Positions 19,235 to 27,456 of a DNA stretch of 64,000 nt are shown in pieces (position 1 is the stretch's first letter; the number at the start of each line of letters is the position of its first letter). The DNA comes from an uncultured Synechococcus sp. (GTDB lineage Bacteria > Cyanobacteriota > Cyanobacteriia > PCC-6307 > Cyanobiaceae). The translations under genes and the position numbers were made by a program. The DNA is taken from assembly GCA_913049535.1 (NCBI GenBank), contig CAJWYF010000005.1:9962-73961 (forward strand). Direction: 5' to 3'. The notes under the pieces are model-generated. The model worked only from the letters and a program-made list of their open reading frames with translations. It was not told the DNA's origin and ran no database searches.

Positions 19235-20705
19235 TTGTTGACTTTGGTCCGCGTGCACGGGTGTAGCAAAGCACCCCGCCCAGCACGCTTAAGGCCACCA
19301 GGCTGGCGAACAGTGTGTCTTGCGCTTTGAGATAGATGCTGGCTTCGATTTGGCCGTGGAGCGCCTGGCGCAGCATCGCGGCGGCATAGGCGGTTCCCAC
19401 AGCTGAGCCGATAAAGCTCAATGCCCAGATCACGCCCGAGGCTGTGCCTGTGCGGGCGAGTGGTACAGCATCAAGAGATGCACTGTTGTTGGGTGATACG
19501 AATAAGCCAGACGCCGAGCCAAGCAGCAGCATCGCGCCCACGAGCTTGATGATCACCAGCATGGAGTCTTGGTTCATGCTTCCCGGTCCATGGCCGATCG
19601 AGTTCAGCCAGAGCAGGGCGACCCCGCCGGTGATGAACCCCAAGGTGGTCAGCCAACGTGGTCCAAAACGATCACTGAGGTGACCGGCGATGGGGCCGGC
19701 AACAGCCAAACCCAATGAGTAAGGGAGCATGACCAGGCCGCTCTGGAGAGAATTGAAATGCAGCACGGTCTGGGTGAAAAAGGGGATGGCAAAAAGACAG
19801 GCTGCAACGATGGTGTTGTTGAGCAAACGCGTTCCAGATCCTCGAGCAAATTCGCCGATTCGAAAGAGGCGCACATCGATCAGGGGATGGCTCTGCTTGA
19901 GTTCCACCCAGATGAACCCAAGCAAGCCCGCTAAACCAGCGCTGGTGAGGCCAACGGTGAGCGTCGAGAGTGACTGTTCCTTGGCAAAGTGCTGCACACC
20001 CAACATCAATCCGCCGACACCGATTGAGGCCAACGCAAAGCCAGGCAGATCAAACTGTTGAGGCCCTGCCGTCTTCTGCTCTGGCTCAAGCTGGTCGGAG
20101 CGCAGGATCCAGCAGCCCACCAACAACGAGGCCAGAGCGATGGGCACATTCACAAAGAAGATTGAGCGCCATCCCAGGAGTTGAATCAAGATCCCGCCGA
20201 GCGTGAAACCCAATGCAAAACCCACCGAATACACCGTCCCATTGATCCCCAGGGCCAGGCCGTGTTGCCGCAAGGGGAAGACCGCCAAGGAAATCACATT
20301 GCTGTTGGCCAGCAGGGCTGCAGCTCCGACCGCTTGCAGGGCTCGCATGGCAATGAGCATGCCGATGTTGGGAGCTAGCCCAGACAGCGCTGAGCCCATG
20401 GCGAAGAGCGAAAACCCAACCACAAAGACGGTTTTTCGTCCTCGAATATCGCTGATGCGTCCAGCTGCTGGCAGGGCCAACGCCACCACCACAAAAAAGA
20501 CGGCAATGACCCATTGGGAGCTGGCGACCGACACCTTGAATTCGCTGGTGATGCTCGGTAAGGCCAGATTGGTGATGGTTGAATCAATGCCGATCAGCAG
20601 GATGCTGAGTTGCACGACAAGCAGAGCCCACCATTTGTAGCGGTCTGCTGCGACTTCTTGATCAATCCAGCGGTCCCGAGGGTGCTGCTGTTGAGCGGCC
20701 GCCAT
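19227..20705 (-). CDS. MFS transporter, DHA2 (EmrB/QacA-like) exporter
   Basis: IDSTITNLALPSI, GRISDIRGRK motif A, RALQAVGAA, WRSIFFVNVP, PLIDVRLF; about 14 TM. Confidence 0.9.
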   Translation of the reverse strand: MAAAQQQHPRDRWIDQEVAADRYKWWALLVVQLSILLIGIDSTITNLALPSITSEFKVSVASSQWVIAVFFVVVALALPAAGRISDIRGRKTVFVVGFSLFAMGSALSGLAPNIGMLIAMRALQAVGAAALLANSNVISLAVFPLRQHGLALGINGTVYSVGFALGFTLGGILIQLLGWRSIFFVNVPIALASLLVGCWILRSDQLEPEQKTAGPQQFDLPGFALASIGVGGLMLGVQHFAKEQSLSTLTVGLTSAGLAGLLGFIWVELKQSHPLIDVRLFRIGEFARGSGTRLLNNTIVAACLFAIPFFTQTVLHFNSLQSGLVMLPYSLGLAVAGPIAGHLSDRFGPRWLTTLGFITGGVALLWLNSIGHGPGSMNQDSMLVIIKLVGAMLLLGSASGLFVSPNNSASLDAVPLARTGTASGVIWALSFIGSAVGTAYAAAMLRQALHGQIEASIYLKAQDTLFASLVALSVLGGVLCYTRARGPKSTIS

Positions 20706-20874
20706 TGATCTGCATTGTCTCCAGGCATGGTAGGCAGCACTTCAGCGCGACTCTGATTCACCTGGAATCTGTTGTTAAGTCCTGACGGCTGGGGCTCAAG
20801 CACGAAGACATGTTGGCGCTGTGATCTGCTGCTGCTTCGTGATTGCTAAAGACGCTGGTGATGCATGACGAGCG

Positions 20875-21831
20875 ATGCCAAATCTCCTGTGCCTCCAAGG
20901 CCTGATCAGGAATTGCAGCGATCTTGATGGCCTCAAGAACTGGTATGTCGAGCAACTTGGCTTGACGCTTGCATGGGAGCAGCGCTGCACGGCGGCATGG
21001 ATTTCTGAGCTGTTTCCAGGGACTGTTGCTGCAAGCTTGGACTGTTGTGCCTTGCGACTGGGCCAGGAGACGTTGTGGTTGATGTCCTGGCCCGAGGTGT
21101 TGATGCAGCCGATGCCTGCCGCAACCCGGGGAATTGACCACTGGTTTCAGCACATTTGTCTGGTGAGTGATGCGCTGGAGAGGGCTTATGCCGAACGGTT
21201 GCAAGGCGCCTGCCGTCCCATTTCCACCGCTCCCCAGACCTTGCCCGAGTGGAATCGGGGTGCTGCAGGGATTCAGGCGGTGAAGTTCTTTGACCTTGAA
21301 GGGCACCCCCTCGAGCTGCTGCAGTTTCCGCCGGGGAAGGGGGCGCCGCGTTGGCATGCTGATCACGATGGCTCCGGCCAGCCTCGGGGGATCGATCACA
21401 CCGCGATTTCCATTGCTGACACCACCATCAGCCTGTCGTTTTATGGCGAGCTCTTGGGGCTCCAGCGTGTCGGCGGAGGCCTCAACCATGGTCCTGAACA
21501 GGATGCGCTGGATGGACTGGAGTCAGCCCGCGTTGAGATCACCGCGCTGCAGGCTCAACCCGGCCAGATGGGGGTTGAGTTCCTTCACTATCAGAGTCCA
21601 CGCGGTGGCATGAGCCGCGCCGATGCCCGTTGGAGTGATCTGGTGAACGACACGATGGTGATCCAAGCCGATGGGATTCGCGATCTTCACGCTCGCGCTC
21701 AGGCATCGCCGTGGGCTCAGCACTGCAGCTCTCTGGTTTCGCTCCCCTTGCCCCTGTTTGGCGGAGAGTTGGGATTCACCCTGCGGGATCCCGACCTGCA
21801 TGGGGTGCTCCTGGTGGGTGAGGATCGCTAG
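20875..21831 (+). CDS. Two-domain VOC-family protein
   Basis: FQHICLVS, KFFDLEGHPLELLQFP, GIDHTAISIAD, GVEFLHY. Confidence 0.8.
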   Translation: MPNLLCLQGLIRNCSDLDGLKNWYVEQLGLTLAWEQRCTAAWISELFPGTVAASLDCCALRLGQETLWLMSWPEVLMQPMPAATRGIDHWFQHICLVSDALERAYAERLQGACRPISTAPQTLPEWNRGAAGIQAVKFFDLEGHPLELLQFPPGKGAPRWHADHDGSGQPRGIDHTAISIADTTISLSFYGELLGLQRVGGGLNHGPEQDALDGLESARVEITALQAQPGQMGVEFLHYQSPRGGMSRADARWSDLVNDTMVIQADGIRDLHARAQASPWAQHCSSLVSLPLPLFGGELGFTLRDPDLHGVLLVGEDR

Positions 21832-22268
21832 TCGGTGGTTACGGCAAGCAGTTCGCGCAGGGCCTGCACACCGGCGCTGGCAATGGCACTGTCCTCAGCA
21901 GGTGTCATGCCTGAAACGCCAACGGCGCCGAGACATTGATCCCCTGCCATCAACGGCAGGCCTCCACCCATGGAGACCGCTGGCTGGTTCAGGGCCATGC
22001 TCAATTGCAGCAAAGCAGGTCGGTTGGTGTTGATGGAGGCCTCGAGATCGGCGGTGGCTTTGCCGCTAAGGGCCGCCATTCGGGCCTTGGCGATGGCTAT
22101 CTCACAGCTGGCTGGTGCTGCTTGATGCAGACGTTTGAAGCGCAGTAGGTAGCCATCCATGCCCACCAGAGCAATCGAGACACGCGCCTGGTTGCGCTGC
22201 GCAGCCGCATCTGCTGCGGCCATGATCACGTCGCTATCGGCGGACTCGAGACAGAGGATGGATCGCAT
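21828..22268 (-). CDS. GlcG/HbpS-family heme-binding protein
   Basis: IAIAKARMAA, GGGLPL...LGAVGVSG...ED..IA..G. Confidence 0.85.
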   Translation of the reverse strand: MRSILCLESADSDVIMAAADAAAQRNQARVSIALVGMDGYLLRFKRLHQAAPASCEIAIAKARMAALSGKATADLEASINTNRPALLQLSMALNQPAVSMGGGLPLMAGDQCLGAVGVSGMTPAEDSAIASAGVQALRELLAVTTD

Positions 22269-22525
22269 CAGTTCCAGAGAATGCGCATGAGCCAGAGATG
22301 ACCCTGGAGTTCCACGCCTGCAGCAATCGGTGCCAGCTCTTCGGGCGTTAAGCGAAGCGTCGCCTCGGCTTGATGGGTCACCACATCAATGCCGCTGAAG
22401 GCGAACCCGTGCAGGCGGCCCAGCGCTGCAACTTCATCGAGATTGGGGCAGCTGGCGCATTGCTCACGCAAGGCAGGATCTGCCTTGACCTGGCGCAGGA
22501 AGGCTTCCAATTGCTCGTTGGCCAT
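22268..22525 (-). CDS. Nif11-like leader peptide family protein, 85 aa
   Basis: MANEQLEAFLRQVKADPALREQ...GFAFS...LTPEELAPIAAG then 15-aa tail; TGATG overlap with GlcG gene. Confidence 0.8.
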   Translation of the reverse strand: MANEQLEAFLRQVKADPALREQCASCPNLDEVAALGRLHGFAFSGIDVVTHQAEATLRLTPEELAPIAAGVELQGHLWLMRILWN

Positions 22526-22529
22526 GGGA

Positions 22530-23459
22530 TTAGATGTCGGTGGTTGGCAGGCCGCGGGTGTTGGTGAACAGGGCGTACACGGCGTTTGTGGCACAGATGA
22601 ACAGCCGGCAGTTCTGACGATCCCCGAAGCACAGATTCGACACCCGGCGGGGCACCAGCACCTTGCCGATCAACTGGCCGTCAGGGGCTATGCAATGGAC
22701 CCCATCTGCGGCACTGCACCAAAGGTTTCCCTGCTCATCCACCCGGAATCCATCGGCCCATCCGGGGTTGATTTTGTGAAAAATCTCTCCGCCACTGAGG
22801 CTGCGGCCATCCTCAGACACCTGGAACACCCGGATGTACTGGCGAGGTTCTAACGCTCCTGGGGTGCCGGATTCAGCGACATACAGCAGCCGTTCATCTG
22901 GTGAGAAAGCCAAGCCATTGGGACCGTCAAAATCGGTGGCCATGGCATCGATCTGACCGCTGGTGGGGTCAAGGCGATAGAGCGCTGGTGGTTGCTCTGA
23001 AGTGTGGCGACCTCCTTCGTAATCGCTCATCAAGCCGTAAAGGGGATCGCTGAACCAGATCGATCCATCGCGGGTCACGGTCACATCATTAGGGCTGTTG
23101 AGTCGCTTGCCGCCAGCGTGGGTGGCAAGCACAGTGATGTGTCCGTCCAGTTCGCGGCGTGTGAGACAGCGGCTGCGGTGATGGCACTGAATCAGACGGC
23201 CCTGGCGATCCCGGATTTGGCCGTTGGCGAACTCCGATGGCTCAAGAAAGGTGGTGAGGCCGTGCTGGCTGCTCCAGCGCAAGGTGCGGTTGCTGGGGAT
23301 GTCGTTGAACAACAGGCATTGGTGATCGCCAAACCAAACCGGGCCTTCTGGCCATCGGAATCCACTGGCCAGGCACTCCAGCTCTGCGTTGAAGAGCACG
23401 AGTGCATCAAAGCGGGGGTCAAAGCTTTCCGTGCAGCTGGAGGGTTGATGGCTCATCAC
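22530..23459 (-). CDS. SMP-30/gluconolactonase/LRE family protein
   Basis: WPEGPVW, LNSPNDV, PNGLAFSPDE, ADGFRVDEQGNLW, SNLCFG. Confidence 0.9.
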   Translation of the reverse strand: MMSHQPSSCTESFDPRFDALVLFNAELECLASGFRWPEGPVWFGDHQCLLFNDIPSNRTLRWSSQHGLTTFLEPSEFANGQIRDRQGRLIQCHHRSRCLTRRELDGHITVLATHAGGKRLNSPNDVTVTRDGSIWFSDPLYGLMSDYEGGRHTSEQPPALYRLDPTSGQIDAMATDFDGPNGLAFSPDERLLYVAESGTPGALEPRQYIRVFQVSEDGRSLSGGEIFHKINPGWADGFRVDEQGNLWCSAADGVHCIAPDGQLIGKVLVPRRVSNLCFGDRQNCRLFICATNAVYALFTNTRGLPTTDI

Positions 23460-23902
23460 TGCTCCGGCCTGGGGGGTGGGGACATTGCGGCGCCGAGCTG
23501 GACGATCATCAGGCGGCAGGGCTCATCCCCCACGACCCAGGAGAGATGGCCCCGCTTGCCGTCCTGGGCCATGGTGTTTTGATCGCCGCCGAAGGAGAGA
23601 TCGCCAACGCCCATCTCCACCCGTTGGCCATCCATGGTTTCAACGGCCCAGGCACCACTGATCGGCATCACCCATTGCGGCGCGGGATTCTCATGCCAAG
23701 GACTGCTCCACCCGGCTGGCAGTACAGAAAACAGCACCGTGGCATCACCAGAGCACGGGGCGGAGAGCCATTGCGGGGTGTTGCCTGAGGTGATCTCCTG
23801 CATCTTGAAATCCTGCAGCATCTGACGTGTTTGATGAGTGATGCCGCTGTTGTCAGTCCAGACATGCCAGAAGGGGATTCCAGGTTGCTCTTGTGATGTC
23901 AT
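23456..23902 (-). CDS. Cupin-domain protein
   Basis: LPAGWSSPWHENPAPQW, VETMDG, GHLSWVVGDEP; start 23902 (ATG) or 23989 (GTG) uncertain. Confidence 0.75.
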   Translation of the reverse strand: MTSQEQPGIPFWHVWTDNSGITHQTRQMLQDFKMQEITSGNTPQWLSAPCSGDATVLFSVLPAGWSSPWHENPAPQWVMPISGAWAVETMDGQRVEMGVGDLSFGGDQNTMAQDGKRGHLSWVVGDEPCRLMIVQLGAAMSPPPRPEQ

Positions 23903-24031
23903 GCCGACTCCCCGTGCTTCATCGGCATAGGCGCTAGTGGTAAAGAATGCGTTGTTACTGCTGGCATCTGGTGGCTTTAGATCTTGCACAGCATTGGATG
24001 TCTAGCCTGAAGACCATGCGGCTGTTTTGTC

Positions 24032-24526
24032 ATGAATCTGACGGTTGTTGAATTACTCGTGCCGGCCCCACCGTCAACGGCAGAAGAGTTTTCCTTATTG
24101 GTGATGCGGCTATTTATTGGCATTAGTTTCATTCGCCATGGCTGGCCCAAGCTGCGCAACCTCAAGACGTGGGCCACATCCATGCGTACGCCAGCCTGGC
24201 TGTGCTTCCTCTCGGCAGCTTCCATGTTCCTCGCGGGCCTGGTGCTGCTTCCTGGGCTGCTGACCCCGCTGGCAGCCCTCGCCATTTTGTTGAACATGGC
24301 CTATGCCATGGTTCTCGAGGCGCGGTCTGGTTTGCCCTTCTTTGCTCCAGATCCGTATCAGATTCCTGACGGTGAATATGAAGGGCCGGAAGGCCTTGGT
24401 GAGCCACCGAGTTGGGAGAAAGCTGCGATGTATGTGGTGATGTGCTTCGTCTTGATGTTTGCAGGTGGTGGTCTGCTTTCTCTCGATAACCTCTTGATTG
24501 CCGATCTGCTGCAAGCTTGGGCATGA
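24032..24526 (+). CDS. DoxX-family membrane protein
   Basis: LLVMRLFIGISFIRHGWPKL, LLTPLAALAIL, GGGLLSLD. Confidence 0.8.
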   Translation: MNLTVVELLVPAPPSTAEEFSLLVMRLFIGISFIRHGWPKLRNLKTWATSMRTPAWLCFLSAASMFLAGLVLLPGLLTPLAALAILLNMAYAMVLEARSGLPFFAPDPYQIPDGEYEGPEGLGEPPSWEKAAMYVVMCFVLMFAGGGLLSLDNLLIADLLQAWA

Positions 24527-25320
24527 CGTCCAGCTCTGTCGTGATGATTGAACGATTCCTTGACGGCAAAGTTGCCATTGTTACCGGTGCCAACACCGGG
24601 ATCGGCAAGTCGATCGCAGAGGAGCTGGCCAAGCGGGGGGCCAAGGTTGTGATCAACTACCGCTCCCACCCCGAGCGCACCGATGAGATCGTCGCTGCAA
24701 TCCAAGCAGCAGGTGGTGAGGCGATTGGTGCCCAGGCGGATGTGACAGAGCTCGATCAGCTCCAGGGTGTCGTCGATACAGCCGTTTCCACCTATGGCCG
24801 GCTCGACATCATGGTCAACAACGCCGGCCTCGAGACCCGCACCTCGGTCCTCGACACCACTCCTGAGGACTATGACAAGGTGCTTGATGTCAACCTCAAG
24901 AGCGCGTTCTTTGGCACGCAATTTGCGGCCAAGCAGATGATCAAGCAGGGCGGTGGCGGCCGCATCATCAACATCTCCTCCGTGCATGAGGACTGGCCGA
25001 TGCCCAACAACACCGCCTACTGCCTCTCCAAAGGTGGGGTCCGCATGCTCACCCGCACGGCCGGGCTTGAGCTCGCTCCCCACGGCATCACGATGGTGAA
25101 CATCGGTCCTGGAGCCGTTGATACTCCCATCAATGCCTCCTATGCCGGCAACCAGGCGTTGCTGGCAAAGCTCAACGCAGCGATTCCGCTTGGCCGCATG
25201 GCTGAACCCGAGGAAATTGCTTCAGTGGCTGCGTTCGTTGCCAGCGATGGCGCCAGCTACATCACCGCCACCAGCATCTTTGCCGATGGCGGCATCATGC
25301 AGAGCAGCCCTGGGCTCTGA
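24523..25320 (+). CDS. SDR oxidoreductase, glucose 1-dehydrogenase-like
   Basis: TGANTGIG, VVINYRS, VNNAG, NISSVHE, YCLSKGG (YxxxK), NIGPGAVDTPIN, PLGRMAEPEEIA; pattern matches Bacillus Gdh-type SDRs; ATGA overlap with DoxX. Confidence 0.8.
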   Translation: MTSSSVVMIERFLDGKVAIVTGANTGIGKSIAEELAKRGAKVVINYRSHPERTDEIVAAIQAAGGEAIGAQADVTELDQLQGVVDTAVSTYGRLDIMVNNAGLETRTSVLDTTPEDYDKVLDVNLKSAFFGTQFAAKQMIKQGGGGRIINISSVHEDWPMPNNTAYCLSKGGVRMLTRTAGLELAPHGITMVNIGPGAVDTPINASYAGNQALLAKLNAAIPLGRMAEPEEIASVAAFVASDGASYITATSIFADGGIMQSSPGL

Positions 25321-25325
25321 GCGCT

Positions 25326-25985
25326 TCAGCCGGTGCCGCCCAACTTGGCGTGATCCCACACACGCTGCAGCGTCTGTTGATTGAGCTCCTGCTGCGGTGT
25401 GAGCTCCGCTAGGACCGGAACCTTGCCAACGGTTTCCAAGGTTTCACGGTTGGCAGGGTGCAGAGGGCCATTGAGCACCAACCCCAGCACAGGGATCGTG
25501 CGTGCTGCCAGGGCCTCCAGCGACAGCAAGGTGTGATTCAAGGTGCCCAGGCCGCTGCGGGCCACCAGCAGCACGGGCAGTTCCCAGCGCTTGATCTGCT
25601 CGATCTGCATCAGGTCATCGCGCAGGGGCACCAGCAGACCGCCAGCGGTTTCCACCACCAGGGGACCTTCAACGGCCGGCAACTCAAGCCGGGAGGCATC
25701 CACGCTGATTCCTTCATCCCGCGCTGCCTGGTTCGGCGAAGCCGGTGCGGCCAGCCGGTAAGCCTCCGGCAGCACGCAGGGAGGTGTGCTGCCTCGGCGC
25801 AGGCCGGTGAGCCCCGCAACGCGGCCGCTGTCACCGCCCAGCTCCAGCTCTCCGCACTGGACCGGCTTCCAGTAGCTGGCTCCTAGACCCTGCACCAGCA
25901 GGGCGCTGACCACGGTTTTGCCCACGTCGGTGTCGGTGCCCACCACCACAAGGCGGCCATCGCTGGGGATCCAGGCAGGGTTCAC
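25326..25985 (-). CDS. bioD: Dethiobiotin synthase
   Basis: VVGTDTDVGKT, YWKPVQCG, VETAGGLLVP, LGTLNHTLL; GTG at 25985 overlaps bioC stop. Confidence 0.93.
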   Translation of the reverse strand: MNPAWIPSDGRLVVVGTDTDVGKTVVSALLVQGLGASYWKPVQCGELELGGDSGRVAGLTGLRRGSTPPCVLPEAYRLAAPASPNQAARDEGISVDASRLELPAVEGPLVVETAGGLLVPLRDDLMQIEQIKRWELPVLLVARSGLGTLNHTLLSLEALAARTIPVLGLVLNGPLHPANRETLETVGKVPVLAELTPQQELNQQTLQRVWDHAKLGGTG

Positions 25986-26740
25986 AGGCGGCGTGCCAGC
26001 AACAGCAAGAGTCTCCAGCGCAGCACGGCGCGTCCATCGTCGCTGAGGGGCCAATGGCGCAGCAGCTGCCGCAGCTCGGTGGCGCGCAACTGATGGCTGG
26101 CACCGCCGTGCACCCCGAGATGCCGCAGTTCCCGCAGGAAATCCATCGGGCTGGGATAAGAGCAGCTGAAGCTCAGCACTTGCTGCTGGTGGATGGCCGC
26201 CACCCCATCGAGTGCCTCGCTCAGCGCTTCTGAGGCCGGCAACTTCAGCGCGCTGCAGCGCACACCGGCTGCTTGAGCGGCTTGATGCCAGCTGCAGAGG
26301 CTGCCGGCTACCGGCACGGTGAGCGCCAGCCAGCCCTGAGGCGCCAGTGCTTGGGCCCACTGCCGCAGCTGTGCCGCTGGCCGCTGCAGCCAGTGCAACG
26401 CAAAGCTGCTCAAAAGCAGTGAGCTGCACTCTGCTTCGGGAGGCAGTCCCTGGTTGAGATCCCAGTGCAACTGTTGCCCCTGTGGCACCTCAGCCTCCGC
26501 CAGCAGGGCAGGGCAGTTGTCCACCAGCAGCGGCTTGATCGCCGGGCGTTGCATGGCCAAGGCCCGGCTGAGATTGCCCGAGCCGGCCCCCAGATCAAGC
26601 ACAGGCCCGGGCCCCAGGGGCAGATCGCTGCAGTGATGGGCCAAGCGCCAGGCCACGGCCTGCTGCAGCCGGGCCTCACGGGCGTAGCGCGCAGCTCCCT
26701 GGCTGAAGGCCGTGACGCTGCTGCGTGCCACCGGATTCAA
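25982..26740 (-). CDS. bioC: Malonyl-ACP O-methyltransferase (BioC-like)
   Basis: VLDLGAGSG SAM motif, SSFALHW; position in bio cluster; TTG at 26740 overlaps upstream stop. Confidence 0.8.
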   Translation of the reverse strand: MNPVARSSVTAFSQGAARYAREARLQQAVAWRLAHHCSDLPLGPGPVLDLGAGSGNLSRALAMQRPAIKPLLVDNCPALLAEAEVPQGQQLHWDLNQGLPPEAECSSLLLSSFALHWLQRPAAQLRQWAQALAPQGWLALTVPVAGSLCSWHQAAQAAGVRCSALKLPASEALSEALDGVAAIHQQQVLSFSCSYPSPMDFLRELRHLGVHGGASHQLRATELRQLLRHWPLSDDGRAVLRWRLLLLLARRL

Positions 26741-27456
26741 CGCAACTCCGCAATCCACTGCAGCACCTGAGCAGGCAGAGAGGGCACCATCAGGCCATGG
26801 CCCACCCCATCGAGTGGAAGCACTGTCGCTTTCGGCAGGGCCTGCCGTAGGGCTTCCCGGCTCAGGGGGTGAACGATCTGATCGTCGCTGGCCTCCACCA
26901 ACAGTACTGGCGCCGCCTGCGGAAACGAGGCCGGCAGGTCGCTGCAGTGCGCCAACACCGCCAGGTCATCCCGCAGGCGGGCCAGTCCCTGGGCTTGCAC
27001 CGGTCCGTCTTCCACCCCGGCAGGCAGCAGCTCCACCGGCTGGGGTTCGGCCACCCGAATGCGGAAATCGGCGAACAGTTGCGGCAGTTCGCCAGCAGCG
27101 AGGCGCTCGTCCATGCGCCGCAGGGCCAGCGCCAGCGGCCGACCTGCAGCACCGCTGGGTACAAAACGGCCAAAGCTGGCCAGCAGCACCACCGCCTCAG
27201 CGGCCGCCAGGGTCTGCGGTGGCACCAGATGCATGCCAAGGGAATTCAGCAGCAACGCGCGGCGGCCCGGTCCCTCCCAGTCCGGTTGGGCTGCTGGGAA
27301 ACGGCCATAGCCCCGTTCGAAACATCGCAATGGCCACTTCCGCAGCTCGCAGCTGCGGCGAAAACCATTCCAGGCGCGCTGGTCACTGCCCCAGCCATGC
27401 ATGCACAGCAGTTGCCAGTTGGTTGTCACGGCCGCCCCTTGGCTGCTCTCCATCAT
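26737..27456 (-). CDS. Alpha/beta hydrolase, BioH/BioK-type pimeloyl-ACP methyl ester esterase
   Basis: MHGWG, NSLG nucleophile elbow, DQIV, GVGHG; lies between bioF and bioC. Confidence 0.75.
   Translation of the reverse strand: MMESSQGAAVTTNWQLLCMHGWGSDQRAWNGFRRSCELRKWPLRCFERGYGRFPAAQPDWEGPGRRALLLNSLGMHLVPPQTLAAAEAVVLLASFGRFVPSGAAGRPLALALRRMDERLAAGELPQLFADFRIRVAEPQPVELLPAGVEDGPVQAQGLARLRDDLAVLAHCSDLPASFPQAAPVLLVEASDDQIVHPLSREALRQALPKATVLPLDGVGHGLMVPSLPAQVLQWIAELR

Larger units (their letters stand above)
5886..25320. other. Accessory genomic island (ARTO plus sugar-oxidation genes); no integrase or flanking repeats seen
   Basis: 18 non-core genes between bioD and fumC/bioA; sampled 60-nt lines in the middle are 35-42% GC versus 62% in a flanking bioD line. 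Confidence 0.7.

Noticed and set aside
22268-22525. Prochlorosin/lanthipeptide precursor call for the Nif11 protein
   Set aside because: Core has no Cys, Ser or Thr and no LanM-type enzyme is in the window
23903-23989. Possible decayed signal peptide (AFFTTSAYADE) upstream of the cupin
   Set aside because: No basic N-region or adequate hydrophobic core, and an in-frame stop lies just upstream; cannot support a frameshift
25326-26429. 367-aa ORF suggesting a BioD N-terminal fusion; similar long extensions for nadD (59550), slt (40723), ccs1 (38702), bioF (28736) and J-protein (2158)
   Set aside because: Extensions overlap neighbouring genes in other frames and are low-complexity; internal starts with stop/start overlaps explain the genes better
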